Of a DNA stretch of 64,000 nt, positions 27,787 to 42,960 are shown one piece after another. Every line of letters starts with the position of its first letter. The first letter of the stretch is position 1. A program made the translations under genes and the position numbers. The notes beneath the pieces were generated by a model. That model did no database searches. It was not told the origin of the DNA and saw only the letters and a list, made by a program, of their open reading frames with translations. The DNA comes from Podarcis vaucheri (lineage: Eukaryota): assembly GCA_965113315.1 (NCBI GenBank), contig OZ220364.1; one strand, given 5' to 3'.

Positions 27787-28261
27787 CAGTGGTCAGCAAA
27801 CTTTTTCATCAGGGGGCCGGTCCAGTGTCCCTCAGACCTTGTGAGGGGCTGGACTATATTTTTTTTGGGGGGGGATGATGCAAGACCACCACGAGCCCCA
27901 GTGGCTGCTTACCTGTGTCTTGCGAGTGGCAGGGGCTAGTGGCGGCGGTGGAGGGATGATGAGTGGCATGCGAAAGGGCTCCAGAGAGGGGCTGCTTAAA
28001 ATGGCGGCCGCTCGAGCACTGCTGCTGCTGCTGCTGCTGGCACCAACAAAGCCCAGCCCCCTTCCTCCTCTAGGCAGGGCAGGGAGAAGCCAGGAGAAGG
28101 GAGGGAGGAGGCGCCAGCGCCACCATGTGAGGGAGAGGGAGGGAGAGGGAAAGAGCGCAAGCGTTGGCAATCCATGCGGCAATTCCTGGACCGTCCGTGG
28201 GCCGGATCCAGAAGGCAATTGGGCCTGATCCAGCCAGCGGACTTTAGTTTGCTGACCCATG
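27787..28261 (+). mobile_element. hAT non-autonomous element with GC-rich cargo
   Basis: TIRs CAGTGGTCAGCAAACT/AGTTTGCTGACCCATG; 8-bp TSD TTTTAATA (27779-27786, 28262-28269). Confidence 0.88.
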
Positions 28262-30257
28262 TTTTAATACTTGACTCCCTTCCATATTTGACATGCCTAG
28301 CAGTGAGAGGGCAAGAAAGCATAAACATTTAGAAGTTTGAATAGCTTAACTGAAACCTATACAAGACTGATAGCAGTGCCCTGCTCCCAATTTCCTATAA
28401 TCTTTCTCTTCTACTTTTTCCTTCCCCTCTTTTCATATCCCACGTTTAACATACAATTCATTCATTTTAAATGGTGCATTTTCAGTTCAAGAGGAATTGA
28501 GCTAGTATTTTGACATTATGATAAAAACCTCTAAAGCAGGTGTGGCTAACCAGTGGCTCACCAGATATTATTGAGAATACTTCCATCATTCCTGACCATC
28601 AGTCTCAATGGCTGGGGGCAGGGAGAATTATTATCTCACCTAGGACACAGGTTAGTTCTAAATTAGCTCTAAATTGTGATCAATATATGAGATCTTATAG
28701 TAAGAATACCCCAGCAGATTAAAAAAACAAAATAAGAAGCCCATTCCACATTGAGCCTCTGGATCAGCAAATTCTGCCTACAAGAAGAATGCTGAGTCAC
28801 AATAGCTCCACAGCCAATCTCTGTGCTTAATTTGAGCAGGCTGAACTATTAGAAATTTTGAAAAAAAGACTGGCTATCAATAGAAGATAAGGGCAGTAAC
28901 TGCCACATGATTATGGCAAACTCTGCCTCGATTCTGTGCCTTCCTCTACCCTTACATTGTCATTTTGTGACTGATGAATCTCAGCAATTTTCTGCCCTCT
29001 TAAGTAAGCACTGAGGGTAGTAAGTTTGAGAACTCCTGCTCTATTTTAAACTACTCAGGTTAAAAGCAACAGCAGCCAAGGAATCTTCTGAGTTTTTAAT
29101 ATCTCAAAGACCCAACTCTAAAAGTTGTGATCAGAATAATCTCCCTAGAAAGATACACTTGACCTCTGAAACAATACTAGCTTTTAATTTCTATTGCCTT
29201 TCTTCACCATGCCTCCTTATTCTTCCTGGCTTTTTTCTTCTTATCCTTTTGTTAGTCTCAAGAGCCATTCTGTTTTAGCTCCCAATTTACTGAATATATA
29301 GCTGGTACTTTGCCAAGCAATGTTGAGGCTTAATAAAAGTTACTGTTGTGCAAGATCAATTATCTAAAGTGAAAATTGTACCAGTGGGGTAGATGGCACA
29401 CAGAAAGTAGTCTTGTTGAAGACAAAAGAAATGCAAGAAACAACATGGGAGTTGAGAAAATTTGGCGATGCTACTGGACCCAACAAGGATTGGCCTCAGT
29501 AAGTCTAGAATAAAAAACTTGCAATCTTCTACATGCTCTAAGACAACATCAAAACCCTCCTAAAATCTCATGGACTAATTTCAGAGTAGCTGTGGGAACC
29601 CAACACTCTCGCAAGTCAGGCTGCAAGTTATGTTAGAGAACCACAAAAATGTTACATTTTGCTTTCTAGCAAAAATTTGGCACAATAAACATATAACAGA
29701 GAAATCCAATTAAGTTTATATTTCACTGGACGTACTTAAAGAGCTTAGAACAAAAAAAAATTACATGTAATTTCTTAACTGCACTTGAAAATTTTGAACC
29801 AGTGGTAATCCTAACATTAACTCATAGTGGAATATTTCTGTCAAAGTGTATTCCGTTATAATGGCAATTGTAGCCACACCCATTTTTTTACCCATACCCC
29901 ATACTGCTGTATGGACAACTGAATTATGAAGTGAGTTTAGCATGAGTACAGCATGCTCTATCATATGCCATTCCATATATGGGGTGAGGCGTATTTTCAA
30001 AGGCCACATCACCATGTATTTGCTAAAGAACCATTTCTTACTTCAACCAAAACATCACAACCCTGCAAATTCACATATATGAACCTCACTAACACGTACA
30101 AAGGAGGGATTGCAGTTCCAACAGGGATATGCTTTGTTTATAGCCCCAGGTAAATCATAGAATCATAGAGTTGGAAGAGACCACAAGGGCCATTGAGTCC
30201 AACCCCCTGCCAAGCAGGAAACACCATCAGAGCACTCCTTGACAAATCCATGACGCA

Positions 30258-30584
30258 GGACGTAGGTGGCACTGTGGGTTAAACCACAGAGCCTAGGGCT
30301 TGCCGATCAGAAGGTTGGCAGTTCGATTCCCCGCGACGGGATAAGCTCCCGTTGCTCGGTCCCTGCTCCTGCCAACCTAGCAGTTCAAAAGCACATCAAA
30401 GTGCAAGTAGATAAATAGGAACCGCTCTGGCAGGAAGGTAAACGGCGTTTCCGTGTGCTGCTCTGGTTCGCCATATGACCCAGAAGCTGTCCGCCAGTTC
30501 CCACAGCCAATAAAGCGAGATGAGCGCCGCAACCCCAGAGTCGTCTGCAACTGTACCTAATGGTCAGGGGTCCCTTTACCTTTA
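30258..30584 (+). mobile_element. Sauria SINE (next to a CR1 3' fragment at ~30155-30240, minus)
   Basis: same consensus; flanking AATCCATGAC repeat. Confidence 0.88.
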
Positions 30585-31496
30585 CAATCCATGACAGATT
30601 TCAGACAAGAAGGACTCTCTCAGTAACGGCACCTGACTCTATAGTTAGTGTTTTGCAAATCACTTATGTGATTTAGTCTCAACACACCCCATTATAATGG
30701 CAGCTAACAAAGCCCAACAGAAGCCCAACAGAAGATTTAGCATAAATATTAAGAGATTGGAAAGGTGAGAATGCTTGCCTTATGTACACCATTAGATTTA
30801 GGAAATACTTAAATGCAGGGTAGGAAAAAGTACAACACTGTCCTTCTGCATCCTAGTGTAATATTAACCCCTACCCCATTTTGCCATCCCAAGATAAGAA
30901 CAAAAAATGTTTCATTCACCCTGAACAGTAATAGATGTCCAGTCCCAGTTCAGAGCTTCAAATTTGGGAATCAGTGAAATTTATACTAATTCAGCATTTC
31001 TGATCGTTAGCACCCTAAGGAAGGACCATTTACCTTTTGCAATTTACAGAGTTTGGTCCAACAGTCTTGATTGTTTTTTTAAAAACATCCTCGGGTTGTT
31101 GCTTTTTTGCAGAAAAACAAGTATATTACATAGTCCTCAAAAGGGGGAAGAGGAGCATATAAGACATTACATTTCAAAATGCGCAGATAAGTTTCTGCAC
31201 AGTTCTTTACAGCAGGAAAGAGCAGAATATCTGTGCCCCATGCTGCTACTTGAACCCCTAACACTCAAAATCCTCATCGTATGCCCACCTCTCCATACAA
31301 AATTCTGGAAGAACATCCAGGTGCACGCAAGCTGAGTAACTTTACATAAAAACAAGGTAGGTATTACTCTGAGTAAAGTTTTGCTGTCTTTGACATACTG
31401 CAGACAGTCCTGCCCTTGGGCTAAGCCACTGCTCTCTACATTTGGAACACTCCACAGTGCAGACAGGTTGTTCATTAAAGTAGGTAGTTTACTTAC

Positions 31497-32522
31497 AGAG
31501 CAAGTAACTTGCAGCTGCTGGTGTTGCTGCTGCTGCTGCTGCCCCTGCTCTTGCGGCGTGGACTGCTGCTGCTGCGGGTCCCATATATGGACCGTCTGGG
31601 CTGTATTCTGATATGTCCCTGCCACTGCTTGCACTGCCACTGGAATGTGGATATTGCCATTCATAAACTGTGCTGGGAAAAGGGAGTTGGCAAGGGTTTG
31701 CACCACTTCCTCATGAGAGTTTTTCACTACTGATGCACCTCCCACCATCTTATCCTTGTCATCTTCCAGCTTCACAGTGGCTAGGGCCGTCGGGGAGCCA
31801 CTGACATGGACGGCATTGTAGGCCTCCTGGGGGATGGCAATGTGGGTTATGTTTTGCTGCTGCAGGTCACCACGTGGCTGCGCAGAGTAAACAGGGATGG
31901 TCCAAGTCTCTCCAGTAGGGCTGGTTATGGTCCCAGTGGCACTGTACAGGTGGGCACTATCCACCGTTAACAAGTCCGGCCTTAACGATACATAACTCTG
32001 CTGCTGGCCTTGGGGGATGGCCAGGACTGTGGCAACCGGCTGCCCTGAAATAGCATAGGACACAGTAATAGGCATATCCACTTTGCGCTTCTTTACTGGC
32101 TGGAGGACACTGGCGGTGCTGATCCTTCGCTCGCCTTCGCGTGGTGAGCCCTGCTGAGATGGAGGAGGGGAAAGCGCCCCAACTGTCTGGATCTGGATCT
32201 GCTGGCCCCCAGCAATAGCCTGTCCTGCCACAAGCTGTGCCTGGATTTGCTGATGCTGCATATGTTCCTCCTGGATTTCGGCACCCTGGATTTGCTGAGC
32301 AGTCTGCACATGCTGCACCTGGATCTGAGCTGCCTGCAACTGAGAAGGGCTAGGACTCTGAAGCGCTTGACCCTGTATCGTCTGAGGTGCCGGCTGTTGC
32401 GCCTGACCTTGGATCTGCACTTGGACCTGTATGGGCTGATCGGAGGCTTGATGAACAGTGAGCTGGGGAGAAAGCTGCTGAGTGGAGACTTGCTGAGGGG
32501 ATTGCTGAACCTGAACTTGCAC
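31497..32522 (-). CDS. QRICH1: QRICH1 large Q-rich exon ([10 protein letters not shown]...QLQVTCS) with KKRK NLS-like motif
   Basis: 1026 nt of ORF 31167..32522; cag| ... TCT|gtaagt. Confidence 0.97.
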
Positions 32523-35500
32523 CTGTAAAACAAGGATTCAAAAGTTAGCATTCCTTAACTCCAAAACCTCTGATCTACTGACTTTTGTGATTAGGCCAAG
32601 GAGAAAGTATAATATAAATGAACTGTCAGTTGGGTATCAGAATGCGGCCATACATAAAAAGTAGTCATTTCTGTACACTTGGGGACCACCCAATATTTCA
32701 AATTAATTTGTAAATTAAGGCAAGAGAGAAAAACTGACAATATCCCAGTGAAGAATGAGCACTCTTAGCCACAGAATGTTGAAGGCAGCTGTACATCAGT
32801 TTTTGACTATGAAAGAATTTAGTGTACTCAAGCTTGTAAACAGCTCACATGCAGCTGGAAAAGGGCTGGTGGCAGCAGAAATTGGGATCAGAGAATGTGC
32901 ATCTGAGGCTAAATAACTCATCTTCCCTGCACTATATGTGGATGTTTGGGAAGAGAAGTTGGGAGAGAATAGGCACTTTTTCATTTTCCCACTCTCCAGA
33001 AAAAGCACTCTGGTTTGAAGCAGGCAGTAAATTTCTAGTGATGCACAGAAGAGCAAGGGATGTTTTCAGAATGATGATAAAAGGAGATTTTTCCCCAACC
33101 TCTCCAACCAGCCACCATCCCAGGAGTCCCGAAAAGCACTATGAATCTTCTATTCTAGGCTGGCTTGAGAGCTGAATAGCACCTTCCCAGGATACCATAA
33201 ACTTATTATTCAGACAACGTTTTCTTATAAGTGTGTGTATGTAGTTAGAACTTCTCAAAAAGGCGTAAGCTTAATAGCGCAACTATAAGAAAATGGAAGG
33301 AATGGATTTCCTACAGAGGCATCTTGCTATACTGGAAGAAAGTGTTTTTGAATGAGTATAATGCAACAAAACTGTAGTAAGAGGTGATAGCTGAAGCACT
33401 CAACAAAACTTAAGAAATTCTTACTTTTTTTAGTAATAGTATCACATATAATACTTAAAAGCCTGCAACAGAGGCAATAATACTTTCCAAACTTCACATT
33501 ATTGTCCTCTTGTTAACACCAAACTAGGGGCAAATTCTTACATGTGTTTCTGGCACTGCATACTCCTATGGGAAATGTAATGGTGCACTTTTGTCTGAAG
33601 TCACAAATCTAACATGGTAACTTTATGTGGAAAACCTGTGAACAAATTGCTCCCCAAATTAAACAGAGGTGTTTCTTGGATGATTTTAACATTTACAGGT
33701 CTTTAATTTACAAACTACTAATTTTTCTGCAAATGTGTTGAGTCCCAAAATATTCTGCAGATACCACCCACAAAAATAACTACGGGTGGAAATACTAGAT
33801 ATAAAAAATTAATATAGTAATGAGAACATGCTATCTATCACTCAAAACTCTTATGCTAATCTTGAAATGCAGAAGAGAGAAACAGTTAAAAGCAGAAAAC
33901 GGAAAGGATAGCTGATTATCCAAAGACCAGCTAAGTTAATGTAGAAATAAGTCAAAGCAAAACCACATTTCTAGATATGATAAAAAATGCTCTCAGTTAT
34001 GAAACTGACGAGAAGCAGCAACAAATTCTGACTTAATCACAGCAGTTTCCAAATTCCATAATAAGACACAAGTGTTGAACTACATTCTATATTGGGATTA
34101 AAGCTGCAGAATTCAAGAGCTCCTTTTTATAAGCAGTAAGCTCTCTCAGTGCCACATGTATCAAACAGTTTACCTTTTTCTGTCCAGCATGTGTTGTCTA
34201 ATTTAAACTTCACTGACCATTTTAAAAGAAGCTACCAAGCACATACTTACATTCCTATCACACACAAGATTTGTGAAGTTCCCCTCACTCACAAAAAGGC
34301 TCCAAATAGTTTTCTATGAAGATTAAAACAATCTGTATGTAGAATATGAACTAATCCCACCTAAACTCTACACAGGCAGTAGAAAGGAATGTGTCTGTAA
34401 TAATCCTGCTGATCAAACCAAAGCATAATCAGACAGACTTCTCTCATGTCCACTGATATAATCAATACAAAAGCATTTGCTGTTAGTTTCCGGCTATACA
34501 TGGAACATAGAACCAAAGTGGTGGTGGTGAAGGAACCTGACAAAAAAGGTCTCCTATTGTTTCAAAGATACTCTCAAAGTGTAAGGCAAAGGGGGTGGAG
34601 TGACAGAAGAACAATCTAAGAATAGTTCACAAATGCATGCTTATCACTCATGGCTGCAGCATCAAATATCAAACAGATTGACTTTTGTGCTAACTCAAAC
34701 AATGTTTTTAGTAAATAATAGTTCAGCTGAAAACCAACAAATTTGAGTAATTAAGCAATGAGAAACCAAGCTACGTATATGCATGTATGAAGCAGGAATA
34801 CTGTGTAGTCAAACTGTTTGGGGGAGCCTATCAAATCAAACAAGTTAAAACTTCCTGAGCTTTATTTTCATAGGTGCTAACTGCTTATCTTGTTCTTAAA
34901 ATTAGACAGCTTCCTGTTAGTTTAATAAATATTTAACGAGGCACCTTCTTACTCCTCCTTAAGACAAAGCTTTGTATTGTTTAAGCTCCTTGGTGCTTGG
35001 GCATAGGCTTCCTTGCTGGCAGCTCCTTATTATCTTACATAGAAGTGTATCTCAGGAAGGTAGTGAAACTGGTTTCTTCTGAAGCTTAGAAAGGACTACC
35101 AGCAAATATCACACTGCAGGCTTGTTTGTTTTTAATGCTGTGCTTCAGGGCAGACTGTGGGATGGGAAACACCTTGACTGCATATACCTTGGATCCCGAA
35201 CGCCACAAACCCAGAAGTGAGTGTTCTGGTTTGCAAACGTTCTTTGGAACCCGAACGTCCGATGGGGCTTCCACAGCTTCTGATTGGCTGCAGGAGCTTC
35301 CTGCAGCCAATCAGAAGCCGTGCTTTGGTTTCCAAACTTTTTGGAAGTTGAATGGACTTCCGGAACTGATTCCATTTGACTTCCAAGGTACGACCATATA
35401 GATGTCATTCAGCAGCTTTAGTGCTCATCTGTGAAAACTTTCTTTCAGGTACCTGACTAGGAATGCCTTACATGCACATGGAGAACAAGTATAGAATCAT

Positions 35501-38410
35501 ATGAACTAAAAAGGAAGACTAGTTTGCTTTAATCCTCTATATGATACACAATTTGTACTTTTGATAAAATTTGGTATCAACTTATAAAATCATTTCGCAC
35601 TAGTATTCCTCAATTCTATTATGCCTTACTGCTAATATGAAAGTGCCCCCCCCAAAAAAAATCTTCAGCAGCCCACAGGTGCTTTTATGAGTTGCAACAG
35701 TTTTCATATTTGAAAAATAAAATGTATTTTATCCAGAGACAAGTTTAAGTGCCAAACCATATATGCAGTTGGACACTCACAGAGCATTTTCTTAGTCACA
35801 TTTAGGTTGGCCCAGAAGGTATAATGGCAAAAATGGTACACAGCACAAATTCAGATCTATTTATCTTTCAAAAAGCAGTCCCATTTTTTAGTCATGCAAA
35901 GGCAACCCAACTCTGAACAAAACAGCTCTGACAATCTTTTTGTGTCTGGAATTGGGTGGGTGTGCTAATTTCCCCAAATGCACATTCCTATATCATCCTC
36001 TCACATCATGGTGATGGTAACTATCTGTCCATAGAACCCCCTTGCCACACAGAGTTGAATCAATTTTTGTTTCATATTTGAGGGCAGAGTAAGAACATTG
36101 TAGTTCAATACTTAAATTAAGTTCAATACTTAATGTGACTACAGTTTTATATGTTTACAAAGAAATGTAATATGCAACTAGCTAATGCAAAATAGCCATG
36201 TAGAGTAGTCAATACATTGCTTATGCATTGCTCACAACGAATGAAATCCACAGTGCTTTCTATTTTGTATTGCATTATACTTCAGTGCTGCTGTTTTTTA
36301 AATGGATTGTATTCTTTCGTTAAAATTTATTTTTAATGGTCTGAAGAGGTTTAGAGCAGCAATATTTGGGATACCTTCAAGATATACAAGGTCCGATGGA
36401 AAAGGTTCGAATAATTAGAGTGTTGTTCAACACCCTCATTATTTCATCTATTAAATATTTCTATATTCTGTGCATCAATAGGGTTTTTTTTAAAAAAAAG
36501 ACTGGCCTAATCCTAAATTTAAGCATTCAGTATACCACAACTGATTCTTACACTGATTCCATCTATATATCAGTGCCAGGACTATCATATGCTAAGTTCA
36601 CTATTATAGATAGATGGTTGAAAGTGCAAATAGCATCTAGGCAAGGCAACATAGTTAGAACTCAAATTTCCAATGGAGACCTACAGCTGAGTGCTTTGCC
36701 TAGGTATTGTTGCATTTAATTAAATGTCAGGGGCACCTAGGTTTGCTGAACAAGTCCTGTTTTTCTAATGTAAATAAAACTCTTTGAAGAAATCCAAATG
36801 AAAGCACTAGCCTGTAACTGTTTACACAGTAGCAAAGAGCCATGTACTTTTGATTCACATTAGGTTTCATAATACAGAGAAATATAGGATTAGTCTACTA
36901 AGCTCTGAAGCATGACTACATTTTCTGCTAGTTTGTTATTGTCTGTACTTCAAGTTAAACACAATATGGCCACAAAACATGTGTTTGCTTCAAGTAGTAT
37001 AATAAAATAAGGTCTAAATTCCTCCATGGGGAAAATTAATAATTCCTAAATCAAGGGTGAACTAAACTGCTCACTGTGTTTCCAATTACTGGGGACTGGC
37101 AGAATCAAATATTAGGAGTCAGTATTACAAATCTAAGGTTAATACGATTCATGTATGTATGCAATTATGATTCCATATCTAAGGTTAATCGTCCCTGTTA
37201 CTCAGATTCATGTATGTATGCAATTATAATTCCATATACAGTAGGAACTGGCAACCATAAGGCCACAAGTAGAATTTGGCCTTGGGTGACAGCCAATTGA
37301 CCCCAGGAGTCCTACTGCCAGTGCTGATGCAGAGTCTTGAAAGAATCTCTCCACAGTCACTATTCAAAATGTAAAGCTCAATGATGGCAGACTCAAAACT
37401 TTTGTGATCAGGTTTATGTTGATTGAATTCAGTTAAGGGTTGAAAGGGAAAGGAAGAAGACAGAGAAGTTATGGACCTGACTGCTAGACAAGCCCTAAAT
37501 GGCTTGGATCCAGGCTATCAGAAGGGCTGTACCTCCTAATATGAGCTTGCCCAGGCTTTGTTATCTTCAGGGGAGGCCCTGCTCTTGGTTCCACCATCAC
37601 AGGTAAATTTAGTGAAGGCACAAGAGAGGGCCTTCTGAGTGGCTGCTCCCAGATTGTAAACTCTCTTCCATGGGAGACAAGGTTGGCCCCCTCTCTGCTT
37701 TCCTTCCACCAGCAGGCAAATGCAAAGTTCCTAAGGAACGCATGACTCAGTTATTAACACTGAATCATATAAGTTACAGTAAGCCATTTGTTTTCCATTA
37801 GGTATTCACCAGAATGATGGGTATTATTGGTTTACATGAAACACTAGACGCAGTCAGGAAGTTTTGTGCAAATGTGCTTTAAAAGTCACTTCTGCAGAAG
37901 AATATGTCTGAAAATTCAAGATACACCAGGCCTCTAGAAATAGGGATACACTGTTTGAAAAAGTGGCATTTGGGAAGTAAAGTTAAAATTGATTTGCCTT
38001 ATTCCTGTGCTCTTTGGACTATACAGTACTCTTAATAATTTATCTTATGGTCATGTTTGCTTTTAAAGAACATTCACAGATATCCAACACTGAGAGGACT
38101 TTCCCCTTCCTCTCCTCTGCAGCCCCACGCATGCCCAACATTTGGACAGCTGAATATCACCCAAGTACTTAACACAGGTACTTTGTGCACTATGCAAAGA
38201 AAAAGCAAAATTAGCAGGGTGGAGAAATTTAAATTAAGTTTCTGATTTGAATTAGATTGGTCCATGTAACAGATATATAGAAAACTAAATAAAATCTTTA
38301 ACCTATCTGAGCGACGAACAAAAAGATTTGTACCTAACAACTACATTCTTTTTCAATTAATTTGTTTTGGAGGAGAGAAAATGCAAGGAGTGTGTCTCTA
38401 CAGTTGTCTA

Positions 38411-38818
<408 letters not shown>

Positions 38819-40005
38819 TCAGGATTCCTTAAAAGAAACAAAGCAAGCCATTACAATTACACTCTAAGCCACTCTCTCTACATTTCTGATGTCTTTATCA
38901 ATAAGGTAGAAATATTATTCGGGTCATTCTGACTACTCACCACAGGTTAATTTATTGAAAAGTCATGCATAACAGACACATGCAGCTTTCTATTAAGATC
39001 CACTAATCTACAAACCCATTGTCTTTCAATGAGAACCTCAACTCAAGGCAGAGTCAAGCCCAATCCAAATCAGAGGATTAAAGTCTCCACTGATATATGG
39101 TACCCTCTGTAAAAACTGGGGAGTTCCCACTAGGCATGGAATAAAAGTTTTTGTTGTTGTTGTTTTTAAAAAAGGTTCCACAACTCCAACAGGCTACTGA
39201 TTCCCCTGAAATGTTTGTCTCCCTGTGCATGCAAAAAAGGTAACCATTCCTAGCAACATTGCTCAGCACCCAAAACCAAGTCACAATGGTGCAAGGACAG
39301 GAAAATCTAAAAGGAAGTGGGGTGGGGGGAGAGGGAAGATGAGGGAATCCCTCCAGAAGGTTCCCAATTTCCAAAAGGGAAACATTCAGGCTAATTCTGA
39401 TTCAGAGAATAAGTGGATCATTGCTCCAAGTAAAGAGACCTTCCTTTTTGTGGATGCTCTAACACATTGTTTCATGGCTTCAGTATCAACCACACACTAA
39501 GTATAAATGATTCATCAGGGCCTGGAAATTTTGCACAAGTGTACAATTTAATGCCTAAATGATCTCAGCTTCCATTAAACATGCACACCAAGTTTCTATT
39601 TAAAGTGTGGAAGGGTCAGCACCCAGCGAAATTTCAGGAACTGGGAGGGACTAGTAGGACCTTATTGTTTAGCCTAGTATGTATCCTAATGACTAAAATA
39701 ATTATGCAAAGCAAGGTAATCAATCTGCATAGCTCATACAGGCTAGAGTATTTTTTTTACTGTATACCCACTGAGCCTTGCATAAGATTCACTAAATCTG
39801 CAGGCTGCAAGGCCTCCTTCAATTGGTGGACAGGCCACAGTGATAAAGTTTTCATTAAGCAAAATTAATTGTTTTGGAAAGGCTTTGCCAAATCGATTGA
39901 CTTACAGTTGAACAACATAGGCCATTCAAAAAGTCCAAAGATTTTGGAAAATAAATTCAAAGTAAATATATATATACATTAGGTTGCCTAATATTTTTCA
40001 TATTA

Positions 40006-40255
40006 CAGTCGTACCTTTAAAGTTGAATGCCTTGAGAGTCAAACATTTTGGCTCCCAAACGATTCAAATTTGGAATTGAGTGTTCCAGTTTGTGAACGTT
40101 CTTTGGAACCCAAACGTCCAACACAGGTTCTGCGGCTTCCGACTGGCTGCAGGAGTTTCCTGCAGCCAACTGGAAGCTGCATGTTGGTTTCCAAACGTTT
40201 TGGAAGTCAAACGGACTTTCGGAATGGATTCCATTCGACTTCCAAGGTACGACGG
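40006..40255. mobile_element. Tigger-like MITE, second family (truncated sister at ~35185-35395)
   Basis: TA-CAGTCGTACCTT...AAGGTACGACGG-TA; internal GGCTGCAGGAG(C/T)TTCCTGCAGCC palindrome in both copies. Confidence 0.8.
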
Positions 40256-42714
40256 TATAAGTATGGAATTTATGTTTCCTTATGAAAAATATGAAATGGG
40301 GTGAAAAATGTATACAGAACACACACATCCCTGGTCAATACGCATAAACCCTGAGAAGCAGGATTTGTTTTTTAAGCAACATAAGCGTTGCTAATAATTC
40401 TGAACGCTTAACAGTACTGAGTGACAAGGCGTAGCAACATACAAACCAGTTTCTCACTCATAAAGCATTATACTGGAGTTTCCACTACCAAAGAAATTCT
40501 GCAATTAAAGAGAAATGAAAGCTCAAGAGAGACACCGCCACAGTTACTACACAGTGAGAAAGCCTGAGGTGAGAGAAAAGTCATCACTTCAATAATCACT
40601 GAAGTGAAGCCACCCAGCATCTAGGCATTTATTTGTTCACATTAATACATTTATTGTACAAAGGTAGCCCTGCATGCAGTCGTATCACCTCTAGAGCTGC
40701 TCACAAGACATATATTAACAATAATCACCTACAGTGGACTACTGTAGGACTCAAACACATGTCTCAGATTTCAGCTACCATTGAGACCAGAAGATGATGT
40801 CTGGGCCCTCTATCAAATTTCTTGTTTTTGAATAGTCAGGCAGATGTCTCTGGCCCTGGCTACATATTATATGGAGCACCATGAATGCTGCTGCCCCATG
40901 GTGGCTCCCTGCACTACTCTTGGTATCATCTGCAACTTCCATCTACATTATTAGGATGGAACATACCATGCCAGCAATGAATAACCAAATTGGGTCAAAT
41001 TGGCATCATGGTATAACTACATGATTCACTCTGTGAGGATGGAAATTGCAGTTATTAGCAATCGTCATGTGGCAGCAACCATCAGGAAGGCAGCAAATGC
41101 AGTACTCCATGTATAAATGAGGCCCCAACAATTATGTAGATTTTCAGGTGGGATCCTATGCAAATTATGAGAGTGATCTAATTTATATATTTTATTATAT
41201 ATAAAATAATACTCATTTTACCTGTATTTAGAAAGCAAAGCTAAAAACTTTGAAACTGCCACACTTGCACAATATTGTATCTGTAATTGGCACCCATTCA
41301 TTGTTGCTACTGAATTTATGGAAAATTTTCTGCAGAAAAGTAAAGCACTAGAAACTTTCCCACAGATCATGGGCATCAATATCACACCAAGCAAACCTAA
41401 AGGAATCAATTACATTTAACGTACATGAGGCCCAATTGCTACAAGAATAGTTGCAAACTTGCCATGCCAGATACATCATCAGATGCAGATGGATCCAAAA
41501 AGTAAGAGACCCAAGCCAAAAATGTAATTATGTTTTTAAAATAAGACCCATAAATTGACTGCCACTGTCACAGAATGTTTTTCAAATCAGGCCTATTTAA
41601 TAGTTAAAGTTTAGAGGGGCAGAATATACACATTGCCTAGAGAAGTCTTTATATTTAACTAGTAAATCTGATCTACTTTTTCTAGAAAGTTGTAAGTTAA
41701 ACATATTGCTCCCATATTTTAGCCACTTAAGTATTCAAATTAAGATGCTTAATAAAAAAGATCCCCACTTTTCCAATCAAGGTTCCAGGTGGCAAAAATG
41801 TTCTGGCTGTGCAAGGCAGAACTAATGATGCTATTCCCTTTGCTGCTGACCCAGTAAACACAATTCCCCAACAGCAAAGGAGATTAAATCTAACATTTTG
41901 ACACACCACTTTTTCCGGCAGAAAAGCATTTGGTGGCATTGGCTAGAATCAGCTGATTCTAGCCAAAGAAGTAGCCTTTTCAAATGCTTTGCTGTCACAG
42001 AATGGGGTAATAATTATCAGGTTTAATACTGGACCTCACACTGGAATAAAATTATACTCCAATTCCAAACATACTGCTAAGCCCCACTTACTCAAGGGAA
42101 TTTACATTTAATCAAGCTGCTAAGGATAGTCAGATTCTGGAAAAGTTACAAGAACAGTCTGTGTGTCTCCCCTGCCCACCGCCTTAATTTTGCAAATTTT
42201 AGGAGTAGCTAACAATGGAGACATATGGCTGGATTTGAGGAATTAACCATTCCTTCTTCCCATAAGTCCTAGGTGAAAACTGAAACCTGTATAATATCTA
42301 AGAGAGGTTCATTTATATGTCTACTACCTCCCACATTCCATTTAGGACTCTGACCAGATGCAGACAAAGTAGCTTCCCCAGTTAAATAGCCTGATAAACG
42401 CTATTTTGTGGGCATTTCGGTTGGCCCAATGGAAGGCAACATGGATTCTGGAACATTATGGCTATCAAGACACTGAAGGAGTCATCATTGTTTTCAAATC
42501 AGTGGATTTTGAAATGCAGACCCTTTTAGTTTGCCTCAATCTTATGTAAACGGATAAGATTCTGAGTTACTTAATAAAGTATTCTTACTTAATAAAGTAT
42601 TATTATAACATTGGGAAATATTCATGGGCCCCATTTTCTAGGGCTGATATGATTTCCACAAATATACTAGCTAGAGAATGTCATACAATATTCAAGAGCC
42701 TGCCTTTCAAAGTA

Positions 42715-42960
42715 CAGTGGTACCTCGGTTTAAGAAGAGTCCAGTTTAATAACAATTTGGTTTACAAACTCTGCAAAACCGGAAATAGTGTCTTGGTTTG
42801 GTTTGAGAACTTTACCTCTGTCTAAGAATGGAATCCGAATGGTGGAAGGGCACCAGCAGCGGGAGGCCTCATTAGGAAAAGCGTGCCTCGGTTTAAGAAC
42901 GGTTTTGGTTTAAGAACGGACTTCCGGAACGGATTAAGTTCATAAACCAAGGTACCACTG
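42715..42960. mobile_element. Tigger-like MITE
   Basis: TA-CAGTGGTACCTCGG...CCAAGGTACCACTG-TA. Confidence 0.85.

Noticed and set aside
31167-31496. C-terminal part of the 451-aa ORF
   Set aside because: Read-through into the intron past the TCT|gtaagt donor; QRICH1 continues at 26879
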